From contig NW_003526943.1 in assembly GCF_000181795.1 (NCBI RefSeq), positions 5,449,806 to 5,513,805 on the forward strand: 64,000 bases of DNA, given 5' to 3'. This document shows positions 40,012 to 53,100 of the stretch, in pieces (position 1 is the stretch's first letter; each line of letters opens with the position of its first letter). The DNA is from Trichinella spiralis (Eukaryota). The notes under the pieces are model-generated. The model did no database searches. It was not told the DNA's origin and saw only the letters and a list, made by a program, of their open reading frames with translations. The position numbers and the translations under genes are program-made.

Positions 40012-40229
40012 TGTAATGTTCGATCCAACTGTGTGCGGAACAGTTGAATTTCACTAACGGGTCACTGGCCCTCTCTCAGGCTTATCAGCGTTAATTAAGT
40101 TCGGGAACAAAAACACATGGAAACTAAAATTTATTCAGGAAGAATCGCACAACACACACACAAACACGTGGTCACACTTCCGCTCGCGTTCACGCTCGCC
40201 CATTACTCGCCGATTACGTCACCACTACA
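40012..40229 (-). mobile_element. Candidate solo LTR of an LTR retrotransposon (218 bp)
   Basis: GC-richer island bounded by TG...CA with imperfect terminal inverted repeats (TGTAATG ... CACTACA). Minus-strand AATAAA at 40135-40130; near-match 4-bp flanks CCAA/ACAA. Confidence 0.5.
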
Positions 40230-40871
40230 ACAACATCGGTTACGGTAGCAGATAGGGATGTTTGCAACCTGTGAGGACAGAGAAATAAAAACTTGCCAGT
40301 AGCGATGAGTACAAGCTGCCAGTATTTTTGGAATCCTAAGGCCGGCTCCACACAGGCCATACGTAACGGAATTTAACAATTTCTCTATTCAAATTCTGCA
40401 TTTAACACAACAAAAGTTTTTTTGGCAAAATAAAAACTAATTAATTTTAGGTTCGCACACTTTGTAAATTTCCTTCGAAACAGTTTAATTAAAAAATACG
40501 ATTAAACTAGGCCAATTCATATACGTCAGAACCAGAAAATAAAACAAAGAAATGTTATTATAACTTAAACCATAGATGAAGCAGATACAAAAAAAATTTG
40601 CATGCGTGCAGTGGAACACGCATCAAATGATAAAAACAAAAAACATGATACAAACAAAGAAAATTACAGAACATCTATGTTGACGCCATTAACATCCATA
40701 TGAAAAATCAATCATTGGAAACACAAAACAGCAATAATATGCGCACAGTGAAAAAACATTAATACTAAGATGCTTTTCTCTCATTGGTCATTACCCACGC
40801 TATTTTATTGGACCGTCAAATCTTAATCACAACTGAAGAGTTTGAATTAATGAGCAATTATACAAAAAAAT

Positions 40872-40973
40872 CCAATGCGACAAAGACTTCACTGAGCAAT
40901 TAGACAAGGAAAACCAATACGACAAAGACTTCACGGCCAAATAAAATGAAAACTAATACGACAAAGATTTGGC
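40872..40973. repeat. Imperfect direct repeat, 3 copies of C(C/T)AAT(A/G)CGACAAAGA(C/T)TT spaced 42 and 39 bp
   Basis: Copies begin at 40872, 40914 and 40953. Confidence 0.75.
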
Positions 40974-41896
40974 GGTCTAATAAAATAGCGTGGGCAAAGA
41001 CCAATGAGAGAAAAGCGGGACCGAGTAAAACCACCCCTGTAAAAAAGATAAAAAAAATCTCAGCTATAATGAAATCAATTGTATAGAAAAAAAACATATA
41101 AGGGCGTTGAATTCACTATGAGTAAATAAACCACCTAAAAAAACAGAACTGACTACAAATGGCAAATACATTTTCATGGCATACAAAGAAAATAAAACAG
41201 CAACGGAAATAATGAAAATTCAAAATACGAAAAACATTATAACGACCACAGTGCGATAATTTAAAGAAACCAAGAATCATAACTAATAATAAACACAAAT
41301 AAAAATGGAATCAAAAGACAAAAGAAAACAATTAAAGCAATTTTACAAAATAATAAAAGTCATACCAGTTCAGTAAGATTTTCAAGAAAAGGCTTAGAAG
41401 CAAATGAAGAAAAACATGTCAACGATAAAACAAAAAAGCGCACATTATACAGAAGCAGCAAAACAAAAATAAGAAAAATGTCTAAATTTCAGGGCAGCAG
41501 TTGTCCACAATCCAAATAGCGGCGGTACAAGTTTTATGCAACTGTTGATAAGTTATAGAAATGAAATCAGTATGTAATTTGATGCAAACAATTATGAAAT
41601 TGAGAAATTACAGAACAATAGAATCGACTTAACAATTTAACACCAATGGATGGTGATGTAGGAATGCAGTTCATCTTGCAGCGAATGAATCCCGTAGCGT
41701 GAGCACAAATATGATGGATTTTAAAGTTTACGCTTACATTACTTCGTTTAATTATTAAGAATTTAAATAGTTTTACTAATGGGCATTGAAAACGCATTTT
41801 CACAACACTGTTTTTTTTATTAAGAGTCCATACAACAATACATAACAATACAAGTGATAATAAAGTGTCTCAAAATATGCTGCTATTCATCGGTTT

Positions 41897-42274
41897 TCAC
41901 AGTATAGGGCAACGAGCATCAGGAGTGTAGCTTCCACAGTCCACCTTGTTCGGGAGAGTCGTTTGTTGATGGTGCCTTTGACAATGCATGTGGTAGGATG
42001 GAGTAGCCGACAAGACGTTGGAAGAAATTTGAGCCAATCGTTTCCTCTCGTTGTGCATTTTAATCAGGAAGCCGTCCATGTAACCATATTGATGCATGTC
42101 CAGTCGTGGAACTTGGTATCCTGGCGGGTTCTGCGCAGCGGAACTGGATATCATCGTCGACATTGACGGAAAAGTGTACGTAATAACATTAATGTACATT
42201 GTGAATGATCTCTGATCACAACAACTCGAAAAAACGAAATGAAATTTTTTCAGAAAAATGCTGCTTATATACAT
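41897..42274 (-). CDS. Hypothetical protein or terminal exon of an unknown gene
   Basis: 125-codon ORF in a GC-elevated patch, followed on the minus strand by a long T-rich 3'UTR-like tract. No family recognised; true start uncertain. Confidence 0.35.
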   Translation of the reverse strand: MYISSIFLKKFHFVFSSCCDQRSFTMYINVITYTFPSMSTMISSSAAQNPPGYQVPRLDMHQYGYMDGFLIKMHNERKRLAQISSNVLSATPSYHMHCQRHHQQTTLPNKVDCGSYTPDARCPIL

Positions 42275-42571
42275 TTCTTAGGGGTCAGTTTTGTTTGAAG
42301 TATTGAAAATGGACTAATAGGATTTGTCGTCCAAGCAGGGTTTGTTTTGCACATATTGCGCAAATATGACAGTATGAGACAATTTTATACATTTTACATT
42401 CAAGTACTTGAACATTTTTATTCCGTAAACTTCATTCTCAGCAAATTTACGTTATTACAACCGAATAATGAAATTTCATGAAATAAATAGCTATAAAAAA
42501 CAAACTGCTCATATTCTTATATATTATATTTTAATTGTATTTCTTCAATAATGACGTAAGAATCCACCACA

Positions 42572-42581
42572 NNNNNNNNNN
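42572..42581. other. Assembly gap (10 N)
   Basis: Run of n in the sequence. Confidence 1.
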
Positions 42582-43899
42582 CATTTTTGATTCCCGTTTG
42601 ACTGTTCTATGAAAATCTTTCTTGTTAGCAATCAAAGAATTTTATTTTCAACTTCAGAAAGTTTTGACTTTTTTCATCAGTGTTATTGTTTAAAGTCGTA
42701 TATTTTATTTAAATAGAAAATTAAAAATCTGCAATATTAATTACAAGTCAAAAAAACAAATTTATTTATATATTTCGTGTAAATTGTAAACTTTCTATTT
42801 CAACATCTGAACAAAACCGACTTGGTGAACACTTAAATTGCCATCTATTCTCATTTCCATTTGCAACCTTTCAGTGTATATATTTTAATGGTAACGAAAT
42901 ATTTAAACATTCCGCATCAAAAGCAGCGCTTATGATGTAGCTGATCTGTTTGATGTTGCATTTCAAATTACATTTGAACTGGGTTATAAGTGAGCATGGA
43001 ATTTCGAAAGAATTTACCATTATTTTGCCGTTTAATTAAATAAAGGGAATTTTTTTCGGCCAAAATCTTATGCACTTAATGAAGTTCGTCTGTATTTTAT
43101 ATGAAATGTATGAACGTCAAACAGGATTTTTCATACAAACAGCAAACCTCATCGACATGTATAAAAAAATATATATGGATGTTTGTTTCGTAATGAAGGA
43201 AACTTTGTAAATATTAAAGTAAAATTCTTAGATTGTAAATAAGAAAGATTTAAATAGAACACTCCCAGTAAAATCAAGAAATTAATCAGATGCTAACAAT
43301 TTAGTAGTTGTCACTCCATGGTTTAGCTGGGAAGCTGCAACTGTGAACAATTTGTCAATTGTGCATTTTCTCTTTGTATTAAAATCGCCTTTACCAACAA
43401 ATGTGATGTGACGAGAAACGCGAACAATATTTGACAAAGGCATATGCGAGAAATCAAGCGTAAAATTAAGTGAAATTGCGAGCTAACGCGTAACGTTAGC
43501 ATTAGTGCCATTTGTAACCCGGAAATTAAAAGTGTTGCTACAACATTCCAGATTTTTCAAATAGATTATTCAGTATTCTGACATTACACCCGGAAGTTGA
43601 CATCCAATCTTGATAAATTTCAACAGGAAATAAATTAATTTACAAACAGTGGGAGCAGATTTATATATCAGGAGGGAAATCGGTAATAGACCGAAGAAGA
43701 AACAAGGAAGAAGATAAAAATGCTCCTGGCCACCGCTTATTTATATTCGTTTTTTATTTCATTGTATTGTATTATTTAGTTTTTTCTTTTTTCATTGTTT
43801 CCACTTTGTTAATGCCGTTCACTGTTGTTTTTTACTGTTGTTGTTAGTGCTGTTGGCTAGTGAAAAATGAAAATCACTATTTAACTTATTTTTTGTGTC

Positions 43900-44946
43900 A
43901 GATGAGTAGCGCTGAATTCTTTCGGCTGCTCCATCCATTTGAAAGTGACTTCGAAACAATAATAGGTTTTTGAATGGCTCAGGTCCTCATTTGGCTTATC
44001 AGTCACATCGACGTCTTCATTTTTATCTTTTTCCACAGCCTTGAATATTTTCATCATCAGTTAATGCTTTAAGTAATGTGGCATCATCAACAGTTAGCAA
44101 TTCTTTGACTTCATCCTGCGATAACTCAGGATTTTTGAACATTTCTATTACAGCTGGACAGACATTATCACAGTCTGTTGATTGGATTGATTACACATTC
44201 TTCATTGTAACCAAGAAATTTATTCCATGATAGGCATAGATTCCATGATTAGATTCTGAAATCGACTTTCATTCTTTCGCAATCATATAGCAGCAGTCTT
44301 TTAAATTTAAGTTCTAAAATTGTGACACTATATCATCTCTGTCAGCATCTGAAATGACAATTCTTTGCAAGGGTTCTTACCTATATCGCTTTTTTAAACT
44401 TTGAGTAACAGTTTGATGTATTCGGTGGCAAAAACATAAGCTTCGAAAAGCAATTTTCATGGTCTAGCAATTCACAACTAGGATGACAAGGTGCAGTGTC
44501 ACTTATGAGTAGCATCTTTCCTGATTTTTTGTCTTTTGCTGGTATTTTTTAACGTGAGGAATAAATATCCCATACCAGCGGGAAAAAATCTCTTGTCATC
44601 CAGGCTTTTGGCTGATAATCATAAACCACTGGCAACTTCTGCACTAACCATAGTTCGTGGACGTTTTGATTTTTTTGACAGTTGTGAATGATCGCTGCCT
44701 GTAGCATTCGCGCAACAAAGAGGGGTCACTCTTTCCTAACATGATTTAAAGCTTTTGGTTGATTTTTATTTAGTTTTTGCTCAAACTCAAGATCTTTCTC
44801 TTTCTAGGAGTAGACATACTAGACATAAAATTAGCAAACAACAGAATGTTACAGTATTAGTGAAATGCTGGTTGAATTTAATATCATAAATAATGCATTT
44901 TAACCAGCCAACTAAAATGTATTCAGATAATCAGAATTCCACTGTA
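43900..44946 (-). mobile_element. Degenerate pogo/Tigger (DDE_1) DNA transposon remnant
   Basis: Broken-frame minus-strand translation gives FKSC*ERVTPLCCANATGS, KSKRPR, LPVVYDYQPKAWMT, LLISDTAPCHP, FLPPNTS, KKRYR, NLKDCCYMIAK, SHSKTYYCFEVTFKWMEQ. One TIR-like end, TA-CAGTGGAATTCTGATTATCTGAAT, at 44946-44921. Left boundary approximate. Confidence 0.85.
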
Positions 44947-47900
44947 TTCTGTAAAAATTTGTGAAACCAACTAGAATGCAATTAGAATAGCCGGTTGAAC
45001 GGTTGAATGCATGGCTCTAAGTTGAAGCATCAGTTTTTTTCTACATACTTTCCTTGATAAAGTTAGTGCACTGATGATTAGTATCAAGATTCCTATTAGC
45101 AATAAAGATATTCAAACGTACTTAATATAAATAATGTATCATAATTGTTAATACATAATATTCAAGTGAATCAGGTAGTTTTACTATGCGTTTCAAAATA
45201 TTCTATTTATACTCAACACATTTCCTCTTAGAAGTTAAAAAATTTTGATCTATGAGATTTTTGGAACTTTATCCTAGAAAAACAAAAAATTTTACTACAT
45301 CATTTATTGTCTATACTATTCTTGAGGGGCATTTTTCAAGATAATTCTTGGTATTGGAAATATCTTGTAATTTTGAATAATACTGAAGAAATGAATAAAA
45401 AGTATAAAATTAAAGTTTTTGCTGCTTTTGCTCAATGCTTTCGATCGCTAATTTGTAGCTTGTAAATATTTTTTATTAAGATGCCATAATAATTTTTTGA
45501 CAGATTTACTTCATTTAATTTTAGAAATTATTTGTGCCATATTTTACTGCTATCTTTAATATTTATGGTAATAGAATCGTAACAAAGCAAACAGAGCAAA
45601 CCGTTTGTTAACTGCTTTATATGAGATGTAATTTGTTGTGTTTATTCTTTCAAATGCATCATTAATTCCTTTAAAGTTTATTTGGTAAATGTTTTATGCA
45701 AATTGAATGTGCAGTGTTCTAAATATATACAGCACTGCTTTGATAAGTATTGTTTTTAATGGCTATTGTCATGAAAAGCAAATTTCTTATTTGTTATTTT
45801 ATTTAAAAACAACATATTGTACCACAGTACAATATGAAATTCCTACGCAAATAGCATTGTTCTCCTTAAATTAGCAAATTATACATCATAAATATGATGT
45901 AAAGAAAATTAATAAAAGAATGTTCCTGCATGTTATGACTGCATAAATTCATCTACAAACTTTCATATTTGCTAATTTTTTATTAATACATGTTATTCAT
46001 ATTATAAGAGAAAATCGATTTTATGAAATATATTTTTAATTTAAATTTTTGAAAAAAATTTGAAATTCATTTTTTTTCAGTTCATTGATATGTAACCCAA
46101 AGAGTTAGTATATATTTGATGAGTTAATGAAAAGTTTGCAAATACTCTGTTTCATTTATTCATCTTAAATTTGAGCAGAAAATTTTATGCAATCCACCGT
46201 TAAAACGTAAATGTAGTTGCACGACTTTTAACAGACTAGTTTGCAAAAATTAATAAATTTGCCTACAAATAGCAGTAACAAAGTTAAGGGATTTTATTAA
46301 TACTCTAGAATTTATCTGCATTAAAATCATTTCTATTAGCAAATTGTGTATTTTTAGAGAAATCGTCATTGCGGATTCTATTTGTTCAGAAAATACAGTG
46401 TATAATTTGGCGTAAATAATAATAAAAAATGAAATTTGTAATATTTATTGTCTCCTTTTGCAAATACAACATGATGCAATATTGCGTCAAGCTGATTTCG
46501 AAAAGTATAAAAGATTTAGTTCTGCATATTTTTTTATTTGAAACAAAAATTTGTAGCAGTTTTAATTTGACACGCTAGAGAAAAGCAACTTCAAAAAAGT
46601 AAAGGCGATTCTTTTTTCTTTTCAGGTAACGTTATGCATATTTTTACATTTGCAATCTTTTAGATCAATAAACTTTAAGAATAATATAAGACTCTAATAT
46701 TGGTTAATTATCGTTAAGTTATTTATAAATATAAAAGAGTTATTTTAATTTAATATCTACAAAAAATGGACTGTTGCACATATTTTGCATTAACCAGAAA
46801 GTTGTAACTGAAGATTTTTATTGAAGCAAGATATTCTGTACAATTTATGAAGGAGGATTTGCTAATGAATTTTTTTGAATGAATTGTTATATATTCTCTT
46901 GTTAGTTGTTGTAACAATTTTTATTACGTGTTTATTAATTTTTGCATTAATAAAGCTATTTCATGCAATAAATCAAGGTTTAAAGAGTTTGTGAAGTATT
47001 ATGCGTTATCATACACAGCACTATGCATTAGTATGCACACTTTTGGGAAATTTTTATGTCATTTGTAAAAGTCACGCGATCAAGCTGAAAAATCACATCT
47101 GTCAGTCAAAAAGCAACTTAGAAGCTCATAATTGCTGCAAAGGCACTGGCTGACATTGATGCCTAAAACAGTAATTAACGGTCACTTCTGTCGTCTTCTA
47201 AAGGGACCTTTCACATTTTTTCTATCTTTATGGAAGTGTAAAATATTGACACAGCTATCGGCCGATGAATGTAAGACCACTTTGTTTGAAAAGCAAACAT
47301 AAAGTACGACAAATTCTAAATTACCGACATCAGTTGCACTGTTATACTACAATAATCAAAGAAGCAGAAAATTCCTATTTTGAAATGCTGATAGAAAATC
47401 AGTAAAAATAAATAAAAGTTTTAGATATTTTTAAATGATGCATTTTTATAATTTGAACTTTAAAATCTTGTACAGGTCATATTAAAAGAAAGATATGCTA
47501 AAGGTGATTAGCATAATCATTTTTCTTGTGCATAATCACAACACAGTTTCTTGAAGTATGTTGTATCATAAAAGCAGCTTTTTTAAGTGAAGCAACTTAT
47601 TCACTTCAGAATGTTACAGGCTCTTGTTCTCGTAAAGTTTCACTGTTACCAGCTATTTAAAATCTAATATAAAATTTATCTGTATGAAAATACCATGCAT
47701 AAAATATATTATATGTAGCGGACAAAAATTGTTCACTCTAGAGTCTATTTGTCTACAGAAAAAGCAAGACAATTTTACGTTTTTTACTCAATGCTACATT
47801 TATAGCCATTGAGGAAGATGTAATACTTTTCATCGAAAACGTAATTTGCATTTGCATTTGCATGAGCATCAGAAAAAGTCATATTTAATGTTACATCAAC

Positions 47901-50185
47901 AAAATTAAGCTTATGTATAAGAAGAAAATTCTTCTTACTTTTTTCTTTGCACATTTTGTTGCTGAACACCGGCCATAAAAATTAATGCTTATGATTTAGT
48001 ATTGAATACTGATATTACGGTATTTTTTAAACTTTTATTTTAGGTGCGCTTTGTGATTAATTTTTAATTAATATGTTAATTAAAATTAATATGCATTTTG
48101 TGTAGTTAAATTATCCTTCACATTTAGAATAGTATTTGTAATTTCTACTTATGAATTATGCACATTTCTATCGTTAAACAATTTTGTTTTAAGCACAGCG
48201 AATGTGCACATATGTGTAAAAAATACATCATTGTTGTTCTTTTCATTTTGATATGAAGATATGAAATTTCATTCATATCTTTCTAATGTTTCTTGCTTTC
48301 TTGACTAAAATATTAACTTAGATCATTATGCCTCCTAACTTAAAAGTCAGGACTAAAATTTTCATTACCACCTCATAATTTAAAATAAAAGCAATTTAAC
48401 AAAATTACTGCTTCATATATTATCATACTTGCTAAATGGACGTATTCTTTATATTTTGTCATAGAGAAATACATGCACGTATAAATGAGCACGCATATAA
48501 AAGTGTAGTGAGCTTAATTAGTCATTTCGACATAATCTTGAATGTTTTCCTTTAAATTTTTATTGAATAAATATTTTCTTGAAATAAGAATTATGCAACA
48601 GTTAGAAATGAATTTTGCAAAGAGAAAACAACAGTGGGCTGCTGCTATGTGTAAACGGTGAATTATGATTGATTTTCTAGAGTGCTCTTTCCTAATTCAC
48701 TTACTGTTTCTCATTTGAAGAAGTAACTGTGTAATCATGCAGATTAGTTACTCCGCTCTCAAGTAGCATTTTTATCAATCAATTAAATCATGTTTTGCAG
48801 TTTTCATTCAGTAAAACAACTGCTTAAAAAATATGAAATTTTTACAATAAAGTAAAGCGTTTTGTATCATAAAAATGCAATTTAAAATTAAAATTTACTT
48901 TTTTTACTATTTAAGTAATATGATGTGCAGCAGCAGCTACGGTTGGATCAATAAAATTTTCCTTCAGGCTTAATGGTATGTACTGGATATCAGTACAGAT
49001 CAATATTAGAAATATTTTCAGCAGCCGCATTATTACAGTTTATAATTGAAAGAATATTTATATGCATATTTTTATTTGTGGAAGAAGAGAATTTGCTTTT
49101 GAAATGTGATGTTCAATAAAAAGCAAGGTTTTGTAGAGTGCTGAAATAAATTTAACACAGTGACGAGATTTTATTTTATTTCAGACTTAAAAAAAAGATT
49201 TATATAATGTTGATTTCAGAAACAAAATAGGAATTAATGAAAGTAATTTCAGCTGGAGAAGTTTTCCAAAATTTTCAACATAAATTAATTGATTTATTGA
49301 CTTCGGTGTCAATTACAACAGAGAGAGGTTTGATTTCAGCACAGAACGCATTTATTGCCGAATTCTTCAACTTAAATGCAATCTTAATTTTTGATCATCT
49401 TCTTTAATGTCAAAGGAAGATAATGCTTTTTGCCAGTTTATCTGCCAAGTTGCTGCATCTGTTGAATAAATAGTACTAACAAAACATTTTCAGAGGAAGA
49501 TTTTTTGTAAAAGTTGGTGGAAATTTTTGTATTTTTAATATTGAGTGAGCAACGCATTTTTTATCCAATTTAAGTTGTTCAAATTATGAAATGTAAATTT
49601 TCCATTTTCCCGCAAGATGCAACTGACTGATAGATTATAAATGAAATATTTAAAAGTGCATCATGTAAATGGCACAAGAGAATTGCAAAAATTATTCAAA
49701 AAAAGTGCATTCCTTTCAAATTTTCATAAAACAAATTTAACAAACGCTGTTCGTTTTTCCAAATGGCAGTGTATATTTTCAATTCTCCCAAGAATTCTGG
49801 GCAAATGTGATTGTTGCTTTCTGATGCCTGGCCATTCAGGTGATTAATTTCTTCTCATTCAAGCAACCTCCTTTTGACATATGACAAATTTCATTCACTT
49901 TTGCCAATGATAAACCTATCGAACGGTATAAATGCTCCGGACCGATAGGATGCTTGCCAGGGTCAACAAAAAACGTCATCCAAAATGATACAGCAGCCAC
50001 CAAAACGGCCGCTACATTTCCGGCTGTAATCTTCGCGGGCGGCAGAAATATAAATATCAGCTGTTTCATTATTGCGTCACATAATTCGAGCGGTTCTACT
50101 TAAAATTTTCCCACAATCTTATTTCTCTTCCCTGCACCACCATTCACAGGAACATTACAGCATCTTGTTCTTTTCCTCATCTTTG

Positions 50186-53100
50186 ATGACCACCAATGGT
50201 TTTACTGCAATTTCAATACTTTTGCAACTTGGTCAATTATTTCTTGTAAGTTCATGCTTAAAATTTTACACTTTTCAATACTTTTTGACTAGAAAAAAAA
50301 TAATGACAATTTATTCATCATACATTCAATGTTGAATACTTTAGAAAATTTAATTTTTATTTATTAAAAAGCAAAAAAATGAACAAAATTCTGAACATTT
50401 CTTGATTTTTTCTATCATTGTGTAATGATAATTTTTTCATAGTATTCCACTTAATTGTAAACTGCTTTGATGTGACAGTTTGTCATTTTGATTAAACGGA
50501 ACACAGCATTTTATTCAATTCAAAAGTTTTTTTAAAACATGCTATATTTGAAAATATTACTGACCTGACATTTTTGCATGCCATGAATCATCATGAATTT
50601 CTTCAAAAAATTTATCTTCAATTGAGGTCCATTTCAAATTAAAAATATTGCATAAACATTAACATATCGTAAATAAATTCGAATTAAATTTTAATGGAAC
50701 ATGGTAAATAATTTTGTGATTATTGAGATGTCTTAATTTGCATTTAAAATTGTTGAAAATTTTTTTTACTTTTTTATCAAAAGCCAATTGGTTTTATTTG
50801 ACTCTTTTTTATATTTAATGTTGGTGCAATTTCATTCTAAAGCATATTTTTAAAATAGTAATAAAAATATAATCTAAAAATAAAAATTTTTCTTTTTCTC
50901 ATCAATACAAATCAGTTTTGTATGTTTAAAAATATTGAAATTAGCAGTTCACCAAATTGGCAATATTTAAACAAATAAATTAACAACTTCCATAACATGC
51001 TATTATTTGCATGCATCCGTATTGTTATTAAAAGATTTCCAAAAACATAGCAATTTTATTATTTACTGATTGCATTAAAGTATTAATACCCAACAAAAAG
51101 TGTGCAATAATAAATCAAAGAAAATTTTAGCAAGATGCTTTGTTGTTGTGCTGCTGATGTCATGATTAGTGAAATTTTTAATTTGATAACAATTTAAGAT
51201 GGTCATTAGCCAAAGCGAAAATACAAATACGTTGGAACTTCTTCATGTAGAAAATACTGAATTATCGTCGCACGTGCAGCGTGCTGAATTGGTAAAAATT
51301 CAGCAGCTTTTGAAAACATTGACAGCATTGGAAAATACCAAACCAGCGGACAAAAATGAAACCTCTCAAGTGCTTGAGAATATTCTAGTCGTCTGTGATT
51401 ATCTAAATGAATTTCATCCTCCTCCGGGTATAATTTATTTCATTATTTCATAATTGCTTATGCATTCACATTTTATAAACAATTTGCAGAGAACCACTGT
51501 CCGTATTATTTTGACAGAACAACATGCTGGAGACCCACTCCAGCTGGAATGCACGCAGAGATGCCTTGTCCCCGTTATATAGATGGTTTGACTTCACTAG
51601 GTATTTGCAAAGATTTTCAGGCTTAGAAATAAAAGAAACAATCACATGATTTGCATATTAGATAAAAATGTTTCCATTTTTTGCAATTATGATTCAACCT
51701 GGACTTATCATTCAAGTGATGCAGCTGAATTTTTGTCAGTATACGGAACTTGCCTTGAAGCGGCCTATGAAACTGACAACGTTGAAGATGCCACAAATGA
51801 TTTAGCCAGTGTAACTTGACCATTTTATATATACATATATTGTCTTTTCTCTCATAGCTATGGCATAAAATAATGCTGAAATTTTCAGTTGTTACGAATA
51901 GCACAGCTCATTGGAGTTATTGGATACTGCGCGTCACTTGTTTCATTGTCATTGGCATCGGCAGTTTTTCTACATTTTAAGTATGCACTTTATGATAGCA
52001 ATAATTTTATCAAAAAAAATTTAAAGATAGTTTATAACTAAAAAATAATTTTTTATGAAATGTTTCATTGCATTTTTACTGAATAAATAACTTAAAATAG
52101 CTGTAAACTCATTTCTCGTAAAAATCAAACTTATCAAAACGAAAGAAAACATGCTCACAATTGAAATTCTAGGCGCCTTCATTGTTCTCGAAACATGGTT
52201 CATTTAAATTTATTCTTGGCATTCATGTTACGAGCTTTTATGTGCTTGCTCCAATACAGTTTGTTCAGAAATGGCAAAACCACCCTTTTCGATGGTGACC
52301 TCACAATAGATGGAAATGGAAATGAAAAATTTGCTGACAATGGTTCTGTAAGATTTAAATGAAAATTTCATTTTTTTATTTAAAAATTATATTTATTTGA
52401 TAATGCTAAATATTTTTTATTTTGTTTAGCACTGGGTATGCAAATCTATCATAACAATGTGGAATTACTCGTTGATTGCAAGCTATTTTTGGCAACTAAT
52501 GGAAGGAATGTATCTGCACAATTTTGTTTATATATTTGTCTTTCACGAAACTCGAGTAATTCTTTACGTGCTTCTTGGATGGGGCTTACCCATGATTATT
52601 ATGGTTCCATGGATAGTCGTCAGATTGAAAGATGAAAACAGTCTGTATGTTGTAGTATATAATTTTGGTGATCCTTGTAATTTTATTAAATTCCATTTCT
52701 TTTAGATGTTGGGTTCAATATTCAAATCTGAACAATTTTTGGATTCTAAGAGGTCCAATCATGTTGACTATTGTAGTAAGCATTCTTTTTATTTTATGAA
52801 ACATAAAAATGAACACTACTAACCGCTATGCTAAGTTTTACAGAATATTTACTGTTAGATAAAAAAACATAATAATATGCCCATATTATGGAATCAGTCA
52901 TATCTTTGATTAAAAATTATTTAATTTACTGGTAAAATTGATTTTGTGCACTGCATTTCAAAAGCAATTAACTAACTACTAATTGTAAATACACAAATTA
53001 AACATCACATCACTAATGTTGTACGAACTTAAGCAAACCTGCAAAAGTGAATAAAAATTGACAATATTGATTTTTGTATAATTTGAAATGAAGATATAAA

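Noticed and set aside
40872..40973. Repeat-spacer pattern resembling a CRISPR array
   Set aside because: Eukaryotic locus, only three degenerate units, the spacers resemble each other, and no cas genes.
45812..45836. Perfect 10-bp hairpin CATATTGTAC-caca-GTACAATATG, and similar short stems near 16290, 19976 and 43483
   Set aside because: Too short for pre-miRNAs and expected by chance in AT-rich DNA.
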